DNA of 52,471 nucleotides from Betaproteobacteria bacterium. GTDB taxonomy: Bacteria; Pseudomonadota; Gammaproteobacteria; Burkholderiales; Casimicrobiaceae. Below the pieces are notes generated by a model. The model made no database searches, was not told where the DNA came from, and saw nothing but the letters and a program-made list of their open reading frames with translations. The stretch lies in the NCBI GenBank assembly GCA_013298045.1, contig JAAFJI010000001.1:1-52471 (forward strand), written 5' to 3'. Positions 49,401-52,471 of this stretch are shown piece by piece. The translations under genes and the position numbers were made by a program. Numbering within the stretch: the stretch's first letter is position 1; each line of letters opens with the position of its first letter.

Positions 49401-50279
49401 TCAAAAGTAGGCATGATCGGCCTTAAATCCGACCGGTGTCGCCGGGCTCACGTCGAGGTAGAGCTTGATTTCCAATTCGACGCCACCGTCTAATCCGCGG
49501 GCAAGATTGGCGTTTGCGGGCGCGTACTGTTCCGGCGAAAACACCCGTCGCGCAATCGGCTCTCCGCCCACGCCGTCAAGGGTGAGAATCAAACTTGGGA
49601 AGGCGACCGCGCGTGCGCTCAGGTTGCGCAGCGTCGCCGTAAACACATGCAGACCCTTGTGCGCCGGATCGGCCGCGAGATCGGCACCGACGAATCCGAG
49701 CGCCTGAGTGCGCCTCGGTGGCGAGAGTCGGCAGCCAAGTTGATCGCAGGCGGTGGCGAGCCAAGGTGCCACGTTTGGTGCACGGTTGGCAATTTCATCG
49801 CGGAACCAGTACGCGGATTGGGCGAGGAGCAGTGTGGCGAGCAAAAGGCTTGCGACGCCAAAGGCAAGCTTCTGCCATGCGCTCAACGGTCGGCTGGGTC
49901 TGCGCCAGTCGTAGTCCGCGTTTCCCTCGGCGGCGATTGGCGCTGCGCTTGAACCGCCATCGCGAGCGGTCGATTTTGGCGCCGCTGGTTTGTCAACGCT
50001 TGCGCGCTTGGGGCTAATCGCGGCGCGCGCGGCTTCGCGGATTTCCTCTTCGCTCGGCTGCGGCGTTGCCGGCATGCCCGCCATAATTGTCTGCGGCGAA
50101 CCAAACGTGTCGGCGTCGTCTTCGTCGTCGCCCAAGCTGCCTTCGATCAGGTTGAGCCGCGCGTCAAATATGCCTCGACAGGCTCCGCAGCGCACCATCC
50201 CGCCATGCGCGCGCGCGTGCTCCGCGCGGACGCGAAATTTCGCGAGGCAATGGGGGCATTGGGTGACGGCGGAGCTCAC
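49401..50279 (-). CDS. Zinc-ribbon (MJ0042-type) plus DUF3426 protein
   Basis: CPHC...VRCGAC, a TM helix, C..LGC and P.L.LTL...ARR. Conserved position after prmA. Confidence 0.88.
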   Translation of the reverse strand: MSSAVTQCPHCLAKFRVRAEHARAHGGMVRCGACRGIFDARLNLIEGSLGDDEDDADTFGSPQTIMAGMPATPQPSEEEIREAARAAISPKRASVDKPAAPKSTARDGGSSAAPIAAEGNADYDWRRPSRPLSAWQKLAFGVASLLLATLLLAQSAYWFRDEIANRAPNVAPWLATACDQLGCRLSPPRRTQALGFVGADLAADPAHKGLHVFTATLRNLSARAVAFPSLILTLDGVGGEPIARRVFSPEQYAPANANLARGLDGGVELEIKLYLDVSPATPVGFKADHAYF

Positions 50280-50374
50280 GGTTTATCGGCTGCGGGTGTT
50301 GAAGCGCAAAAGCGAAGTTCGAACATTAGCGCAATTGCAGATCGCATGGCGGCGCTCGGCACTCGTAACACGCT

Positions 50375-51277
50375 CTAATCTCGACGCAGACCACCCATCC
50401 GTACCCACCCGTCGCGCTCGGCCTCGACGTCGAGCGCAATCCAGGGCGCATAAGCGTCACGAATTCTCTCCACCTGCGGCGGCAGGATGCCTGCCAGCGC
50501 GAGCGCGGCACCCGGGTTCAGATGTGCGCAAATGGCTGGCGCTAGCACCGTAAGCGGTCCCGCCAGAATATTCGCAACGACGATGTCGAAGCGGGCGTCC
50601 AGCGCGTCGCTGGAGGTTGTGTAGTTCACAGACAAACCGTTGGCTTCGCTGTTTCTTCGCGCCGCCTCAATCGCGTTTTCGTCGATGTCCACGCCTGAGG
50701 TTTTCGCCGCACCTAACGCCGCAGCGGCCATCGCAAGAATGCCGGAGCCACAGCCATAGTCGAGCACGGTTTTTCCAACCAGCGGTAGACCGCTCAGCCA
50801 TTCAAGACAAAGCCGCGTGGTCGGATGTGTGCCTGTTCCGAACGCGAGTCCGGGGTCGATGCGCAGGTTAATCGCACTTTTTTGCGGTGGATCGCACCAC
50901 GTCGGCACGATCCAGAGCTGTGGCGTAATTTCGATCGGTTCAAATTGAGCTTGAGTCGCTCTCACCCAATCAGTCTCTGGGACAATACGAAATTCATGCG
51001 AACCGAGAGATTCGGAAAATTCGCTTCTTAGACCATTCCATAGGGCTTCGATCGATTCTGTTGAAACTTCGCTTTCGAAGAGTGCGGCGATACGGCTGTC
51101 CGCCCAGCGCGCATCGAGTGACATTCCGGGTTCGCCGAAGATTGGCTGCTCGCCATCGGCCTCTGCGTGCAAATCGGCCACGTCAACCGCCAAGGCACCG
51201 GCATCCATGAGCGCATCGGCAACCGCGTCGGCGACATCACCCTTCACCGCGCCGGAGATTTCAATCCAGGATGTCAT
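50375..51277 (-). CDS. prmA: Ribosomal protein L11 methyltransferase
   Basis: DPGLAFGTGTHPTT, LDYGCGSGIL and ANILA motifs. Confidence 0.97.
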   Translation of the reverse strand: MTSWIEISGAVKGDVADAVADALMDAGALAVDVADLHAEADGEQPIFGEPGMSLDARWADSRIAALFESEVSTESIEALWNGLRSEFSESLGSHEFRIVPETDWVRATQAQFEPIEITPQLWIVPTWCDPPQKSAINLRIDPGLAFGTGTHPTTRLCLEWLSGLPLVGKTVLDYGCGSGILAMAAAALGAAKTSGVDIDENAIEAARRNSEANGLSVNYTTSSDALDARFDIVVANILAGPLTVLAPAICAHLNPGAALALAGILPPQVERIRDAYAPWIALDVEAERDGWVRMGGLRRD

Positions 51278-51309
51278 TTGCTTCGCAAGACGAACGTGCT
51301 ACGCGCTAG

Positions 51310-51423
51310 ACGAATGACGAAATTCGGCGCAATGAGTGCTTCGCTGAATTTTGATTGAGCGCGTGCCAAAGCCGACTGTTGTCGCCGCACACTCGGCAAA
51401 GCTTTGCGTGATTCGTCATTCGT
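51310..51423. repeat. Inverted repeat with heptamer-unit arms
   Basis: ACGAATGACGAA (51310-51321) and its exact reverse complement TTCGTCATTCGT (51412-51423). Confidence 0.6.
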
Positions 51424-51441
51424 TCTTGCCGCGAAGCGGCA

Positions 51442-52471
51442 TCACTTCTTGCGCTCGGCGAGTTTGGCCATGCGCTGCTCGAGGTAGTGAATCGAGAATC
51501 CGCCCTTCATGAAGGCAGCGTCATCCATGAGCTCACGGTGCAGCGCGATATTTGTTTTTATGCCCTCGACAATCATCTCGGAGAGGGCGATGCGCATCCG
51601 AGCGATCGCCTGTTCGCGAGTGGTGCCGTAGGCAAGCAATTTGCCGACCATCGAGTCGTAGTTCGGCGGCACAAAATAGCCGCTATAGACGTGGGAATCG
51701 ACGCGAATGCCGGGCCCGCCGGGCGGGTGCCAGCTGGTGATACGTCCGGGCGATGGCACGAAACTCGTAGGGTCCTCGGCGTTGATACGGCACTCGATCG
51801 CATGACCTTTTTTGACAATGTCTTTTTGCCGCAGCTCCATCTTGTAGCCGGCGGCAATCTTGATTTGTTCCTGCACAATATCGACGCCGGTGATGAGCTC
51901 GGTGACCGGATGCTCGACCTGCACACGGGTATTCATTTCAATGAAATAGAACTCGCCTTTTTCATAGAGGAATTCGAACGTACCTGCGCCGCGATAGCCG
52001 ATCTTGCGGCAGGCTTCGGCGCAACGCTCGCCAATTTTCGCAATCAGTTTTTCCGCGATACCGGGTGCGGGGCCTTCTTCAATGATTTTTTGGTGTCGCC
52101 GTTGCATCGAGCAATCGCGCTCACCCAGGTACACCGCGTTTTTGTGTTGATCGGCGAGCACTTGAATTTCAATGTGGCGGGGGTTTTCAAGGAATTTCTC
52201 CATGTAGACCGTGCCGTTGCCAAACGCTGCAAGCGCTTCGCCTTTGGTGAGCGTGACCGCGTTGATAAGCGCGCCTTCGGCATGCACGACGCGCATGCCG
52301 CGACCGCCGCCACCGCCAGCGGCTTTGATGATGACTGGGTAGCCGATCTGGCGTGCGATTTTGGTGATTTCCTTCGGATCGTCGGGCAGTGCACCATCGA
52401 CCCCTGGCACAACCGGTACTCCCGCTTTTTTCATTGCAAGCTTCGCCGATACCTTGTCGCCCATCAGGCGG
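51442..52471 (-). CDS. accC: Acetyl-CoA carboxylase biotin carboxylase (5'-truncated by the window edge)
   Basis: [37 protein letters not shown] and YDSM..K motifs. Confidence 0.97.
   Translation of the reverse strand, partial: RLMGDKVSAKLAMKKAGVPVVPGVDGALPDDPKEITKIARQIGYPVIIKAAGGGGGRGMRVVHAEGALINAVTLTKGEALAAFGNGTVYMEKFLENPRHIEIQVLADQHKNAVYLGERDCSMQRRHQKIIEEGPAPGIAEKLIAKIGERCAEACRKIGYRGAGTFEFLYEKGEFYFIEMNTRVQVEHPVTELITGVDIVQEQIKIAAGYKMELRQKDIVKKGHAIECRINAEDPTSFVPSPGRITSWHPPGGPGIRVDSHVYSGYFVPPNYDSMVGKLLAYGTTREQAIARMRIALSEMIVEGIKTNIALHRELMDDAAFMKGGFSIHYLEQRMAKLAERKK

Noticed and set aside
1-52471. tRNA, rRNA, CRISPR, transposase, integrase or prophage genes
   Set aside because: None seen by eye. 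All intergenic gaps are short (about 300 bp or less) and lack the signatures.

Overview
A roughly 60% GC chromosomal segment whose gene order (yqgE-ruvX-pyrR-pyrB-pyrC', argB-slmA, accC-prmA-DUF3426, DUF3460) fits a betaproteobacterium. It carries about 53 CDSs. Most are housekeeping genes (pyr cluster, photolyase, bdhA, fabI, hslU, miaB, trmB, typA, tcdA, hemJ, prmA, accC), with small accessory units between them. I saw no tRNA, rRNA, CRISPR array, transposase or phage genes. The best candidate for an undescribed system is 41261-43194: an exported CxxxC protein ending in PPPPR (CutF/CruR-like metal-sensing leader), then a hairpin, then genes for a putative outer-membrane barrel, a periplasmic CxxC HMA chaperone and a MerT-like Cys-Cys membrane protein. 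Other signals: short AT-rich patches recurring about every 6.3-7 kb, some inside genes or between convergent genes; five probable leaderless genes; a sigma54 promoter with an upstream palindrome before a TonB-dependent receptor; hslU without hslV; and several empty inverted-repeat or REP-like elements. All calls come from reading motifs by eye; no database searches were run.
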